DNA of 64,000 bases from an uncultured Candidatus Saccharibacteria bacterium (GTDB lineage Bacteria > Patescibacteriota > Minisyncoccia > Phycocordibacterales > UBA2163), in NCBI GenBank assembly GCA_964626705.1, contig CAZVGL010000002.1:386-64385 (forward strand), in the 5' to 3' direction. Position numbers and translations under genes: made by a program. Below the pieces are notes generated by a model, which saw only the letters and a list, made by a program, of their open reading frames with translations, made no database searches and was not told where the DNA came from. Shown here in pieces: positions 40,242 to 49,894 of this stretch. Numbering within the stretch: position 1 is the stretch's first letter; every line of letters starts with the position of its first letter.

Positions 40242-40364
40242 ACAACACCCCCTATACAAAGATTATACTTCTAATTTTTTAAATCAAATTTACGTCAAAA
40301 TACAAAAAAAATACTACCCAAAATAGTAGCATTTTTCTCTACATATGTCAATGTCGGTACAACT

Positions 40365-40817
40365 TTACTGTTTCTTCATCCTACTTTTAAACAGCCCAGA
40401 TAAGCTCCAGATATGGTTTGAACTCATGCTTGCAAGCACTAAGAATGCTGCTATATATATAATATGTTCATCTACCAAGTATGCATGCTCGCCTACTTTT
40501 GGAAACGTAAGTCCTGGGAAGTAATATAGAGCCATCATTAAAGCACCAAGATGTGCACTGCATCTGACAAGAATACCAAGTATCAAAGCTGCACCTATAA
40601 GTGTAAGCCCCCATTGGTTAAGGAAATCAATAAACGGTAGTATCTCAGGTGATGCAAGCCATCCATAAAACCCTGAAAATGTGTTAGCGTGTTCTAGAAA
40701 ACCTTTAGCTGTCCATTCTGGATTCGTGACTTTTGTAAGCCCTGCGTATAAAAACAACCAACCAAGTGTAAGACGTAGTATAAGTACTGCTGAATCTGTT
40801 TTAATTAATTTCTTCAT
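40365..40817 (-). CDS. DoxX family membrane protein
   Basis: LRLTLGWLFLYAGLTK...LIGAALILGILVR. Confidence 0.85.
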   Translation of the reverse strand: MKKLIKTDSAVLILRLTLGWLFLYAGLTKVTNPEWTAKGFLEHANTFSGFYGWLASPEILPFIDFLNQWGLTLIGAALILGILVRCSAHLGALMMALYYFPGLTFPKVGEHAYLVDEHIIYIAAFLVLASMSSNHIWSLSGLFKSRMKKQ

Positions 40818-41253
40818 ATTGTGTATTAATATTTAGATTATTATTCTTTGATTTTATCATTGCAATCAAACTAAGTATAAAGATAGTTGTGGATAATGTT
40901 GCAGAAATCATACAATACGAACAGATAGATTCCAATATAAACAACTGCGTATATACGAACCACATAGACATTAGAAACCCTACACCAGAAAGACTAAGGA
41001 GTGACATAAGGATTTTTCTATTTTTTGATCTTAAATATAAAATACTCAAGACAAATATAGAGATATAAAAAACCATTCCAAGCACTGCTACTGGTATACC
41101 CAATATTGTGGAGTAAATACTCGTAGTTACAAAATCACAACCTTCGAAGATAGAACAGTTTACACTATCGTGAGTAAACCGCTTTATAGTTAAATATGTA
41201 GCATCAGAAATACCAACAATACTTAATATTAAAATAGTAATATTAGACCACAT
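40801..41253 (-). CDS. Vitamin K epoxide reductase (VKOR) family protein
   Basis: Loop Cys pair (CSIFEGC..V..S.YS), GIPVA, CSYC active-site motif. Confidence 0.9.
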   Translation of the reverse strand: MWSNITILILSIVGISDATYLTIKRFTHDSVNCSIFEGCDFVTTSIYSTILGIPVAVLGMVFYISIFVLSILYLRSKNRKILMSLLSLSGVGFLMSMWFVYTQLFILESICSYCMISATLSTTIFILSLIAMIKSKNNNLNINTQYEEIN

Positions 41254-41255
41254 AG

Positions 41256-41375
41256 TTATTTTGCTATTGCTATAAAGACATTTATTAGAGAGAGAGCGGT
41301 ACTTACAAAACCAGTAATAAGGGCTATCAGTGTTGGCTTATTGTTATACCACTTTATTTTAGTATTTATTGTCAT
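41256..41375 (-). CDS. Small single-TM protein (39 aa)
   Basis: Not in ORF track; MTINTKIKWYNNKPTLIALITGFVSTALSLINVFIAIAK*; fills the gap between ROK and VKOR genes (5 and 2 nt spacers). Confidence 0.6.
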   Translation of the reverse strand: MTINTKIKWYNNKPTLIALITGFVSTALSLINVFIAIAK

Positions 41376-41380
41376 TGTTT

Positions 41381-42205
41381 TTATTTTAACTCTTTTTGTT
41401 GCTTAAGAAAAGCGAGTGCTCCGTATAAACCACCAAAGTCTTTAAGTTCTGCTTTTTTTATTACAGGTAATTCTGGAAACTTAGTATTGATCTCGCTCAA
41501 ATACTTTTTAACGGCTTTTACATCTATAGCTGGATCCCCCACTATCATAGAGCCACCAAGTACTACCGTGTCTGGCGACCAGTGCAATATCGTATTATAA
41601 AGTCCGTATGCGAGAGTTTTCGCAAGTTCGTCCCATATTTTTGGATCTGTTACCTCATATGCTTTTTTACCAGTCTTTTCTTCAAGAGCAGCGCCAGATA
41701 TTAAACTCTCTAGACTTTTGTTATCTTCAATATCCACTATCTGATGCCCTGGCTCAAAACCAAACGTGTTTTCATCAATCTTTCCATCTTCGTATTTTGC
41801 ACCACCAACACCTGTACTTACCGTTACATACACACTTATACCTTCCCTACTACCAGCACCATTATTCATCTCTCCAAGCCCAACCAATGCAGTATCGTTT
41901 TCTATAAATACAGGCATGCCAACTATCCTCTCTAATTCTTCTTTAAGTGGTTTGTTATTCCAATCTTCAAGCACTGACGAGTTCACTATCATTGTTTTGT
42001 CTTTATCAAAAGGGCCCCTCACTCCCCCGCCCACTGCACTAATATTTTCACCACCTATAAGTTCATCTGCGACTTCTTTAAAAACCCTCATTCCCTCTTC
42101 AAAATCCTTCGGAGTCTCTACAACCTTAGGCTCGCCAAAAGTCTCACCATCCTTCGAAAATGCCAACCTCATCTTTGTCCCCCCAATGTCGAATAGTAAA
42201 TACAT
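41381..42205 (-). CDS. ROK family sugar kinase
   Basis: FDIGGTK, ENDT, STGVGG, EPGH, LGGS. Confidence 0.9.
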   Translation of the reverse strand: MYLLFDIGGTKMRLAFSKDGETFGEPKVVETPKDFEEGMRVFKEVADELIGGENISAVGGGVRGPFDKDKTMIVNSSVLEDWNNKPLKEELERIVGMPVFIENDTALVGLGEMNNGAGSREGISVYVTVSTGVGGAKYEDGKIDENTFGFEPGHQIVDIEDNKSLESLISGAALEEKTGKKAYEVTDPKIWDELAKTLAYGLYNTILHWSPDTVVLGGSMIVGDPAIDVKAVKKYLSEINTKFPELPVIKKAELKDFGGLYGALAFLKQQKELK

Positions 42206-42302
42206 AATATATAAATTATATCGCAATTTTGGCAATAAAAAAACCGATAGTCCAAATTAGATATAAAATCTAACGAACTATCGGTTATAATTATTAAATA
42301 CA

Positions 42303-43175
42303 TCACTTAGAAACATACTGCTTTATACTCTGAAGAGTGGTGTAGACCTCTCTAATCTCCTCCCATCCAGCATCCTTTGCTATAGATTCAGCTATCCAGA
42401 AATCATCATTCAGTTCAGCTTTCTCCATAGCTAGTTTATAGAATTTTTTGGCTTTATTTTTACCAATTAATTCAAGTGTAAGGCCTATCTCGTAAGAATT
42501 GCTTCCGTCTTTATCTTCTTTTTCAAATGCTTCGAGTGTAGCGTTCAAGATATCTTCTTTTTCTGCCATCATGCCTAGCCCTTCAGCAAGCCCAGTAAAC
42601 ATCTCAACCACACTAAAATCATTATTACCAAAAGCACATACACCCATTGAGTCCAGGTCGCTTATAATAGTAAGTACTGCCTTCCTGTTTAACTCTTCTG
42701 CTCTTTCTTTCATTCCCAAATCTTCAGCACCATTTGCAGCCCATACTATAGCAATACAACCAACCTCTGTCTCAAGTTCTTTTTCTATTGCAAGATTAGC
42801 AAACTCAACGTACAGATCATTCATATCAAGATTTCTGAAAGCTTTTGCTGCAGATACTAATCTACCACAGTCACAATAGTCTGAATCTTTAGAGAGTCTA
42901 AGAAAGTCAGTAAGTTCACTCATGTATTTCTTTGACAACACAACCTCAACTTCTAAAAGATCAATTATAATATCTACTCTACGTTCAGCAACAAACTCTG
43001 AAAGATTTCCAGAATCTTTGTGTTCCTCTTTTAAATGATCCGTAGCTTTTTCTAACTCTACTTCAATGTTTTTGATATATCTTTCTCTCGCTTCATCTGA
43101 AGATAACTTGAGTAAGAGTCCTTTCTTAACATTGTCTTTTCTGAAATCTTCTCTGGTTAATAATCTCTTTTCCAT
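42303..43175 (-). CDS. Hypothetical helical (TPR-like) protein
   Basis: 290 aa ORF with AGGAG upstream; repeated Ala/Glu-rich helical segments. Confidence 0.65.
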   Translation of the reverse strand: MEKRLLTREDFRKDNVKKGLLLKLSSDEARERYIKNIEVELEKATDHLKEEHKDSGNLSEFVAERRVDIIIDLLEVEVVLSKKYMSELTDFLRLSKDSDYCDCGRLVSAAKAFRNLDMNDLYVEFANLAIEKELETEVGCIAIVWAANGAEDLGMKERAEELNRKAVLTIISDLDSMGVCAFGNNDFSVVEMFTGLAEGLGMMAEKEDILNATLEAFEKEDKDGSNSYEIGLTLELIGKNKAKKFYKLAMEKAELNDDFWIAESIAKDAGWEEIREVYTTLQSIKQYVSK

Positions 43176-43223
43176 TTTTTCTCCTTTTTAATTTTCTAAA
43201 TTCTTTTCTGCCTATTTATCCAA

Positions 43224-43568
43224 TTAATTGCCTTCAAAAATAAAATGTTTCCACTTCTCATCTTTCATTTTACATCGCAACCTGTTCATCCCCCTGACAA
43301 AAGCCCGCCTTATAGATTTTGGCGTAACATTGCAATAATCACATTGACTTGCGTTTGATATTTCTTCACAAGTCATTGGTTCAATTCCTTTTAATCCATA
43401 AAGCCCGTAAAATGATTTAATGATCTTGGTATAATTGTAACGACGTTTTCTGTCATCTTTCAAGTCACTAAGTAACGTGTATACTGTTAGAAACCCTTTT
43501 ACGCTTAGGTCTTCTCTTAATCCAAGATCGCTTAGAAATTTTTTAATATTTCTCTCAGTTTTATCCAT
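43224..43568 (-). CDS. Sigma-70 region 4-like HTH protein
   Basis: YGLKGIEPMTCEEIS...VTPKSIRRAFVRGMNRLR resembles region 4.2. Confidence 0.6.
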   Translation of the reverse strand: MDKTERNIKKFLSDLGLREDLSVKGFLTVYTLLSDLKDDRKRRYNYTKIIKSFYGLYGLKGIEPMTCEEISNASQCDYCNVTPKSIRRAFVRGMNRLRCKMKDEKWKHFIFEGN

Positions 43569-43580
43569 TTTGTTTTCCTT

Positions 43581-44081
43581 TCAAATCTTTAAATTTTCTA
43601 GTCTCTTAATTAAGATTTCCTCAGTATCTTTAAAAATTTTTAGAAAATTTTCCTGAGCTTCTTTTGAATCCAACATTTCTGTTGCAGTTCGTGCATAGTA
43701 GAAAAATCCCTTTGTAAGGGCTTTGAAAAAATATTCTTTCAAAAAATCGTCTTCTCTTTCTAGTGCACTCATTACATAATTATTAGTCTCTGTCTTTTTA
43801 AAAAGATACGAGAATAATTCTGGGGTTGCTGATGAAAGTATCTTGTCATAATTCTCCTCCTTTTCATTGTGTGCTATGTGCGAAAGACAAATCTTATAGA
43901 GCAGTTCAATCGATTCAGCACATAATTTTGGATCTTTTAATTTATCTTTTTTTATAGCCTCAGCAAGGATGCCGACATCAATTTTCTCAAATTTCTTATT
44001 ATAAAATAATTCTGTAAGCGGTTTTCCATCAGCAAGCTCAATAATTTCATCCAGTGTCTTTCTTTCGTTTCCTTTTTTCAC
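43581..44081 (-). CDS. Hypothetical protein
   Basis: 166 aa ORF, GTG start with AAGGA upstream; first gene of three-gene unit. Confidence 0.6.
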   Translation of the reverse strand: MKKGNERKTLDEIIELADGKPLTELFYNKKFEKIDVGILAEAIKKDKLKDPKLCAESIELLYKICLSHIAHNEKEENYDKILSSATPELFSYLFKKTETNNYVMSALEREDDFLKEYFFKALTKGFFYYARTATEMLDSKEAQENFLKIFKDTEEILIKRLENLKI

Positions 44082-44202
44082 TTTTATTATCCTTTCAAAT
44101 AACTGTTGTAAAATATATAAGTTTCTATTTTTTTACTTCTAGTAAAATATAAACATAAATAGATAGCCGAGTCAAGAGCTGTGTTTACGTATTATATAAA
44201 AA

Positions 44203-45144
44203 TTATCTTATTAATTTTTTAAATTCCTCAATCATCGGTACTTGTTCTGCATCAAGTCCATATTGCTGTGCTGTATAGTATGCTGCCCAGTCAGCTGTGA
44301 GAAGTGATGCAAACACTTTGTGATATTTGTCTTTACCTTTTATATCGACGACTTCCACTGGTAGCCCTCTATCTTTATACATCTTTTCTAAAACTTCCAT
44401 CCTTTTTAATATCCTTTCATCATCTTCTGCATCTTTTAAAATTAGAAAATGAAACTTCTCTGTTAGTTCTTTTACAGAATACCCTTCTATCTCATTATGA
44501 TTCATCTCTGGCAAGACATTGTAAAATGCCGGCACCTTCCCTGTCTCGTTTAACTTTATCTTCCAGTTGTAGGCTATCGGTTCATTTCGTGTCGAAGAAT
44601 ATATCACAGGCACTTTACCCTTTAACTTCTCTGCCAAGGTTCGACCTTGGACTTCGTAAGAAGATAGATCAAGTGTTTCAGCGAGCTTACTTATATCTTC
44701 GAGCATTTCTTCATCTCCTATTATTTTCAAAAGTGCTTTAAGTGAATATCCCAGTGCATTCCTTGACTGAATGCCGGTATCTGGCATTTGTATATACGGT
44801 ATAGAGTATTCTTTTGCCAACTCTACAAGTCTTCCCCCTACTGATATTACAGCCATAGGTAGACCGTTCTCAATCCACTGCTCAAAAGCACTTACTACCT
44901 CTTCTGTATTACCAGAGTATGAACTTAATATAAGTAGTCTATCTTCAAAACCACTTGGAATTCCGTAATCACTGTAGACCGTCATATCAAGGTCCAACCT
45001 TAATATTTTTAATAAATCTGCTGCTAGATGAGAACCACCCATACCTGCGACAATAAATTTATCTTTCTTTTCAAGCTTATCTGCATTCTCCACAATTGGT
45101 TCATATTCAAACTGTTTATTAAAATTTTTAATTGATTCGTACAT
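44203..45144 (-). CDS. Bifunctional phosphoglucose/phosphomannose isomerase (SIS domain)
   Basis: GMGGS, SSYSGNTEE, NETGK, PEMNHNEI. Confidence 0.9.
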   Translation of the reverse strand: MYESIKNFNKQFEYEPIVENADKLEKKDKFIVAGMGGSHLAADLLKILRLDLDMTVYSDYGIPSGFEDRLLILSSYSGNTEEVVSAFEQWIENGLPMAVISVGGRLVELAKEYSIPYIQMPDTGIQSRNALGYSLKALLKIIGDEEMLEDISKLAETLDLSSYEVQGRTLAEKLKGKVPVIYSSTRNEPIAYNWKIKLNETGKVPAFYNVLPEMNHNEIEGYSVKELTEKFHFLILKDAEDDERILKRMEVLEKMYKDRGLPVEVVDIKGKDKYHKVFASLLTADWAAYYTAQQYGLDAEQVPMIEEFKKLIR

Positions 45145-45151
45145 TGTATTT

Positions 45152-45748
45152 TTATTTATATTCAAAATTTGGCATCGAATAATCTTTAAACTCATCCAAA
45201 AGTGGTTTGTTATATAAAAGCCTTGAGATAACTTCCGCATGCGAAAGTGCACCAGTTAAAGCATTGTGTGGTTTAGGCTCTTCAGGTACGCCGACATATT
45301 TAAGCTCTGAGTCTAAGCTAAGTGCTGTGTGATTGTTCTTCAAAGGTGGTGTGATCCCACTTTTTATCATATGCATATATGCAAGTGTATGCACGTCTAT
45401 TATTCTATGTGCAAAAGGCCAATTAAGATGCCCTCGATGTGCTGCAGCTTGCAAGAAATCCCTATCAAAAGAAACGTTTTGCCCTGCCATCGTAAAATCT
45501 TCTATACCACTTGCCCATGCAATGAAGGCACGTACTATTTCTGTTTCTGATTTCTTAGTCGGGTCTGTTATTTCGTCTTTTGTAAATCCATTTACTTCAA
45601 GTGCGCCGTCATCAATATGCGCACCATGCCAGATCTTACATTCTTCATAGAATCTATTTTCTGGATTATAAAAATCAACAGCGCCAATACTTACAATAGA
45701 GTGCTTATTATAATCAACCCCAGATGCTTCTATATCTACAACTATCAT
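45152..45748 (-). CDS. DEDDh-family 3'-5' exonuclease
   Basis: DIEASG, NVSFDRDF, HNAL motifs. Confidence 0.85.
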   Translation of the reverse strand: MIVVDIEASGVDYNKHSIVSIGAVDFYNPENRFYEECKIWHGAHIDDGALEVNGFTKDEITDPTKKSETEIVRAFIAWASGIEDFTMAGQNVSFDRDFLQAAAHRGHLNWPFAHRIIDVHTLAYMHMIKSGITPPLKNNHTALSLDSELKYVGVPEEPKPHNALTGALSHAEVISRLLYNKPLLDEFKDYSMPNFEYK

Positions 45749-45792
45749 AGTTTTATTATATCACACCGTGCCAGTTTGATTAGGAATGAAAA

Positions 45793-45824
45793 GAGAGCCC
45801 AGAAGTTTCTTGAACTGGGCTCTC
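45793..45824 (-). terminator. Stem-loop terminator
   Basis: gagagcccag...ctgggctctc with T-tract on minus strand. Confidence 0.55.
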
Positions 45825-45861
45825 ACTACTCGTTGTGAATTAAGTACAAAAATGAGTATGA

Positions 45862-46317
45862 CTACATTATGCCTTGTGGTACTTTTACAACCTTTCCTTT
45901 CTCTTCTTGCGGATAAGCTATACTCCATTCACTATCTGTCTTGACGTGGAAGATTTTTAATCTACTACCTTTGTGATTTTTACAAAGGCATATGGTCGCT
46001 TGTGCTAATATATCTTGTTGATCAATATCTTCCCGTCTCAAAGGCCTCCACATTAATATCTTTTGAAACATTTTTTGATATTCTTTCCATTTTTCAACTG
46101 TTACAAATGGAGTTACTGCTAGCCTGCTACCAATACAACCACTTATAGGAAAGGTACATAGTGCAACCAGAGTCTTATTAGAATCTTTTTTCATTTAAAA
46201 TTCTCTAATCAAATCTTCCGGTAAGTCAACATTAAATTTCTCATCTGCTTTCACCTGATCGGCAAGCGTCAATACAAATATACATATAACAAGCAACGAA
46301 AAGTACTTTTTCTTCAT
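45862..46317 (-). pseudogene. Exported protein interrupted by in-frame TAA (or two small adjacent genes)
   Basis: MKKKYFSLLVICIFVLTLADQVKA...LIREF* (46317-46195) followed immediately in frame by MKKDSNK... (46194-45862); AGGAG only before the first part. Confidence 0.55.
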
Positions 46318-46428
46318 CTTTCCATCTCCTAAATAAGTTAAAAAGCTTAATTAAAAAGAAAAAACGAATAATTACAATAACTACCTGAACAGAAGTTTAT
46401 CACTAGGCCAAAATAAGTCAATAAAATA

Positions 46429-46827
46429 CTACTTTAACCCTTTACAATTCCCTGCTGGGGTGTAGCCGGCTTTGCGGGCTTGTTCTATGGAGTCAAACCA
46501 TATTTTATTCTTCTCTGATATTCTCTTTCCTCCTCCACACCACGGATAGTGGTATTTGGAGCCATTCTTAGAGGCTACAAGTAGACCTTGAGCTGTAGTT
46601 AGTGTATTAGTGCTGCCTACTTCCTTCCCTGCATTTAAAACACTAGCTGAGAGGTATTCTGGGAACTCTATTCTTACCTGCTCTCTATTATCCTCAATAA
46701 GAGACAACCTGCCCAAGCCAAAACCAGCAAATCCTATGAGGATTATAAGGGCTATAGTATAAAGCTCGCTTTTGGTCAGATCGTCAACCTTTTGCTTGCT
46801 TTTTCTATAATATTCTGCTATATTCAT
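46429..46827 (-). CDS. Membrane-anchored protein with Ada-like metal-binding domain
   Basis: TM then SKNGSKYHYPWC...NKIWF...AGYTPAGNC. Confidence 0.75.
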   Translation of the reverse strand: MNIAEYYRKSKQKVDDLTKSELYTIALIILIGFAGFGLGRLSLIEDNREQVRIEFPEYLSASVLNAGKEVGSTNTLTTAQGLLVASKNGSKYHYPWCGGGKRISEKNKIWFDSIEQARKAGYTPAGNCKGLK

Positions 46828-46846
46828 ACTTACATTATAAACAATT

Positions 46847-47119
46847 ATGGCACATAAAAAAGCTGGAGGTTCAGCAAAAAACCTAAGAGATTCAAACCCT
46901 AAATATTTGGGTACTAAACTATACGCAGGACAGGATGCTAAAACTGGCTCTGTTATCGTGCGTCAAAGAGGTACTAAGATAATGGCTGGTAAGAATGTAG
47001 GAGTAGGAAAAGACCATACACTCTTTGCTCTAACAGAAGGGAAAGTAAGTTTCCGCAACAAGAGAAAACTTCACTTCGATGGCAAGACAGTTATCAAAAA
47101 AGTAGTGGATGTTATTTAA
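46847..47119 (+). CDS. rpmA: 50S ribosomal protein L27
   Basis: [28 protein letters not shown]. Confidence 0.98.
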   Translation: MAHKKAGGSAKNLRDSNPKYLGTKLYAGQDAKTGSVIVRQRGTKIMAGKNVGVGKDHTLFALTEGKVSFRNKRKLHFDGKTVIKKVVDVI

Positions 47120-47170
47120 AACAAAAAACCACCCTGTCACTCGCGAGTGACAGGGTGGTTTTTTGTTTTA
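47117..47170. terminator. Bidirectional terminator formed by a perfect 54-bp palindrome
   Basis: taaaacaaaaaaccaccctgtcactcg|cgagtgacagggtggttttttgtttta between convergent rpmA and rplI. Confidence 0.85.
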
Positions 47171-47614
47171 TTAAATAGGACTTACAATTAATTTAAATAC
47201 TGCTTTTATATCTTCTACTTTTGCAGTAATATCAAACTCTCCTGTTTCTTTGACAGGGTGTTTTAATTCTATGTGTTCTGGCTTAAGATCTATATGATCT
47301 TGTTTTTTAAGTTCTATCACTATCTCTTCTATATGAATACCTTTAAAGAGATGTCCTTTGTCGTTCGCTTTACCACTCATATGCACCTCTGCACCGTTTA
47401 ATGAGCGCATATTTTTTATAAGTAAGTCTTTATGTATCTTGTCTTCTGTTTCTTGGTTTTGTTTTGTTTTTTCAAGATTATTAACTTTTTTATCTGTTGC
47501 AGGTTCTGCTAAATTGTTTTTAAATAAAAAATTCATAGCATATCCGTCGGACACCTTTTTAATATCATTCTTCCGCCCTATTTTAGGCACGTCTTTTAGT
47601 AGTATTACCTTCAT
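47171..47614 (-). CDS. rplI: 50S ribosomal protein L9
   Basis: MKVILLKDV..IG...V.DGYAMNFL. Confidence 0.96.
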   Translation of the reverse strand: MKVILLKDVPKIGRKNDIKKVSDGYAMNFLFKNNLAEPATDKKVNNLEKTKQNQETEDKIHKDLLIKNMRSLNGAEVHMSGKANDKGHLFKGIHIEEIVIELKKQDHIDLKPEHIELKHPVKETGEFDITAKVEDIKAVFKLIVSPI

Positions 47615-47620
47615 AGCTCC

Positions 47621-48877
47621 CTATTCTAACAAAAGTTCTACCGCTTTATCAAGTTGTGGATCAAGTCCTGCTTTGAAGTCATCTGCAGTGAGCTCCACTT
47701 CTACATCTGCAGATAGTCCGCCATCTGATATAGAGTTTCCGTTTGGTGTGAGCCAACGCGCAACTGTTACTTTAAGTGACGTTTCTGGAGTGATCTTCAC
47801 AAGCTCCTGCACAGACCCTTTACCAAAACTTCTTGTTCCTACAAGCATTGCGACATCATGTTGTTGAAGTGCACCTGCCAGTATCTCTGACGCAGAAGCA
47901 GAACCTTGGTTTTGAAGTATTACCATTTTTAATTTATCAGTAAAAATATTATATCCCTTACTTCTATGCACTCTTGGTTTTGCATTCTCTCCGAAGTCTT
48001 CTGTCACTACCACCTTTCCTGCAGGCAAATACCAGCTTGCCATATCTATTGCCGCTTCAAGGAAACCTCCAGGGTTACCACGTAAGTCCAAGATCATCTT
48101 GTCACTTCCAGAAATAATAAATTCACGAAGTGCGTCTCGGAATAGGTTTGTAGATATTGCAGAGAAATTATGTAGCTCTATTACAAATACACCGTCCTCA
48201 CGAAACTCCGTGTCTATCGTAGGGATTTGTATCGTGCCTCTTATTATCTCTATCTCAAGAAGCTCATCTTCTCCTTCACGAAATATCGTAAGGTTTACAG
48301 CTGTACCACCTTCTCCACGTATAAGCTTCACTGCTTTGTCTATTGTCATCCTATCTGTTGCTATACCGTCAATTTTAAAAACTTTATCTCCTGCCATCAT
48401 ACCGGCGCGCTCTGCAGGACTTCCTTTAAGAGGAGCTATTACAGTAAGCACTTTGTCTCGTATCCCTATTTCCATCCCAACACCTTCAAAGTTCCCTCTT
48501 ATATCTGATTCAAATATCTCAGCATCTTCAGGTGGAAAAAAAACTGTATATGGATCTCCAAGAGAACCTGCAAGCCCCTGAATAGTTCCGTATAATTTAT
48601 CCTGATCTGTAGCAACATTAGTAGTTGTTGCAGAAACAAACTTTTCATTTATTGCATTCCATGTCTTCCAAAGTGGAGAAAAATCTATTACGGCAGGAGC
48701 AAGACTGCCGTCGTTTGAAACAGGCAAAGCAGAGCTTATATCACCATTCTTTTTTCCACCTAAAAAGAAACCAATAAAAAATACTCCGGCCACAAGCAAG
48801 ACTGTCACTATTGTCCAAGCAATAGAATATTTTTTAGTTTTTAGTTTTTCTGGGTTTTCCCCTAAAGAAGTTTCCAT
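47621..48877 (-). CDS. S41 C-terminal processing protease (CtpA-like) with PDZ domain
   Basis: DPYT, GVGMEI, DLRGNPGG, SASASEI, FGKGSVQ. Confidence 0.95.
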   Translation of the reverse strand: METSLGENPEKLKTKKYSIAWTIVTVLLVAGVFFIGFFLGGKKNGDISSALPVSNDGSLAPAVIDFSPLWKTWNAINEKFVSATTTNVATDQDKLYGTIQGLAGSLGDPYTVFFPPEDAEIFESDIRGNFEGVGMEIGIRDKVLTVIAPLKGSPAERAGMMAGDKVFKIDGIATDRMTIDKAVKLIRGEGGTAVNLTIFREGEDELLEIEIIRGTIQIPTIDTEFREDGVFVIELHNFSAISTNLFRDALREFIISGSDKMILDLRGNPGGFLEAAIDMASWYLPAGKVVVTEDFGENAKPRVHRSKGYNIFTDKLKMVILQNQGSASASEILAGALQQHDVAMLVGTRSFGKGSVQELVKITPETSLKVTVARWLTPNGNSISDGGLSADVEVELTADDFKAGLDPQLDKAVELLLE

Positions 48878-48978
48878 AATTAATTTTAATTATCGCAAAA
48901 TTTTAAGATGCGGTCAAACAATAGACTTATGTACAAAATCTACTTGTTGGAGAATAGACAAATAGTTATAATAAAAAC

Positions 48979-49893
48979 ATGTTAACTAAATATACTCATA
49001 AGAATGTCACTTGGATCGACCTTGAATCCCCCACGAAAGAAGAAGTTCATAGAGTAATGAACGAATACTCTATTCACCCAACTGTTGCAGAAGAACTTTT
49101 AATGCCTACCATGAAACCACGTGTAGATTTGCACGATAATTTTATTTATCTAATACTTCACTTCCCCGCTTTCAAACATACCCACAACCACAAACAAAAC
49201 CAAGAGATCGACTTCATAGTTGGTAAGGATTTTATTGTTACGACACGCTATGACACTATCGATCCACTTCATAAATTCTCAAAGATCTTTGAGACAAACT
49301 CAATATTGGACAAAAGTGACATAGGCACACATGCTGGTTTTGTATTTTTCTTTATGATAAAGAAACTTTACAAGTCGCTTGAACATGAACTTGAATATAT
49401 CGAAGATTCACTCGAAAAGATTGAAGAGGATATATTTAAAGGCCAAGAAAAAGAGATGGTCGTGGCACTCTCTATGGTAAGTCGTGACCTTCTTAACTTC
49501 AAACAGGCAATGCGCTCTCATAAGGAAGTATTAGATTCGTTTGATGAAGTCGGTATAGAATTCTTCGGAAAAAGCTTCTCTCACCATGTAAAATCTATAA
49601 TAAGTGAGTACTATAGAATAAATAATATGATAGGTACACATAATGATTCACTCTATGAACTTCGTCAAACAAACGACTCCCTTCTCTCAACAAAACAGAA
49701 CGAGGTAATGAAGACATTGACTATAATGGCTCTGATAACATTCCCATTGTCACTTATCGCATCTATCTTTGGTATGAATACCAAAGTCCTTCCTATAGTC
49801 GGGCAAGCTAATGACTTTTGGATAGTTATGGGTATGATGCTTCTATTAACATCTGTTATGTTTATATACTTCAAGTTTAAACGAATGCTCTAA
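48979..49893 (+). CDS. corA: CorA family Mg2+ transporter
   Basis: NEVMKTLT, FGMN motif, two C-terminal TMs. Confidence 0.9.
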   Translation: MLTKYTHKNVTWIDLESPTKEEVHRVMNEYSIHPTVAEELLMPTMKPRVDLHDNFIYLILHFPAFKHTHNHKQNQEIDFIVGKDFIVTTRYDTIDPLHKFSKIFETNSILDKSDIGTHAGFVFFFMIKKLYKSLEHELEYIEDSLEKIEEDIFKGQEKEMVVALSMVSRDLLNFKQAMRSHKEVLDSFDEVGIEFFGKSFSHHVKSIISEYYRINNMIGTHNDSLYELRQTNDSLLSTKQNEVMKTLTIMALITFPLSLIASIFGMNTKVLPIVGQANDFWIVMGMMLLLTSVMFIYFKFKRML

Positions 49894-49894
49894 A

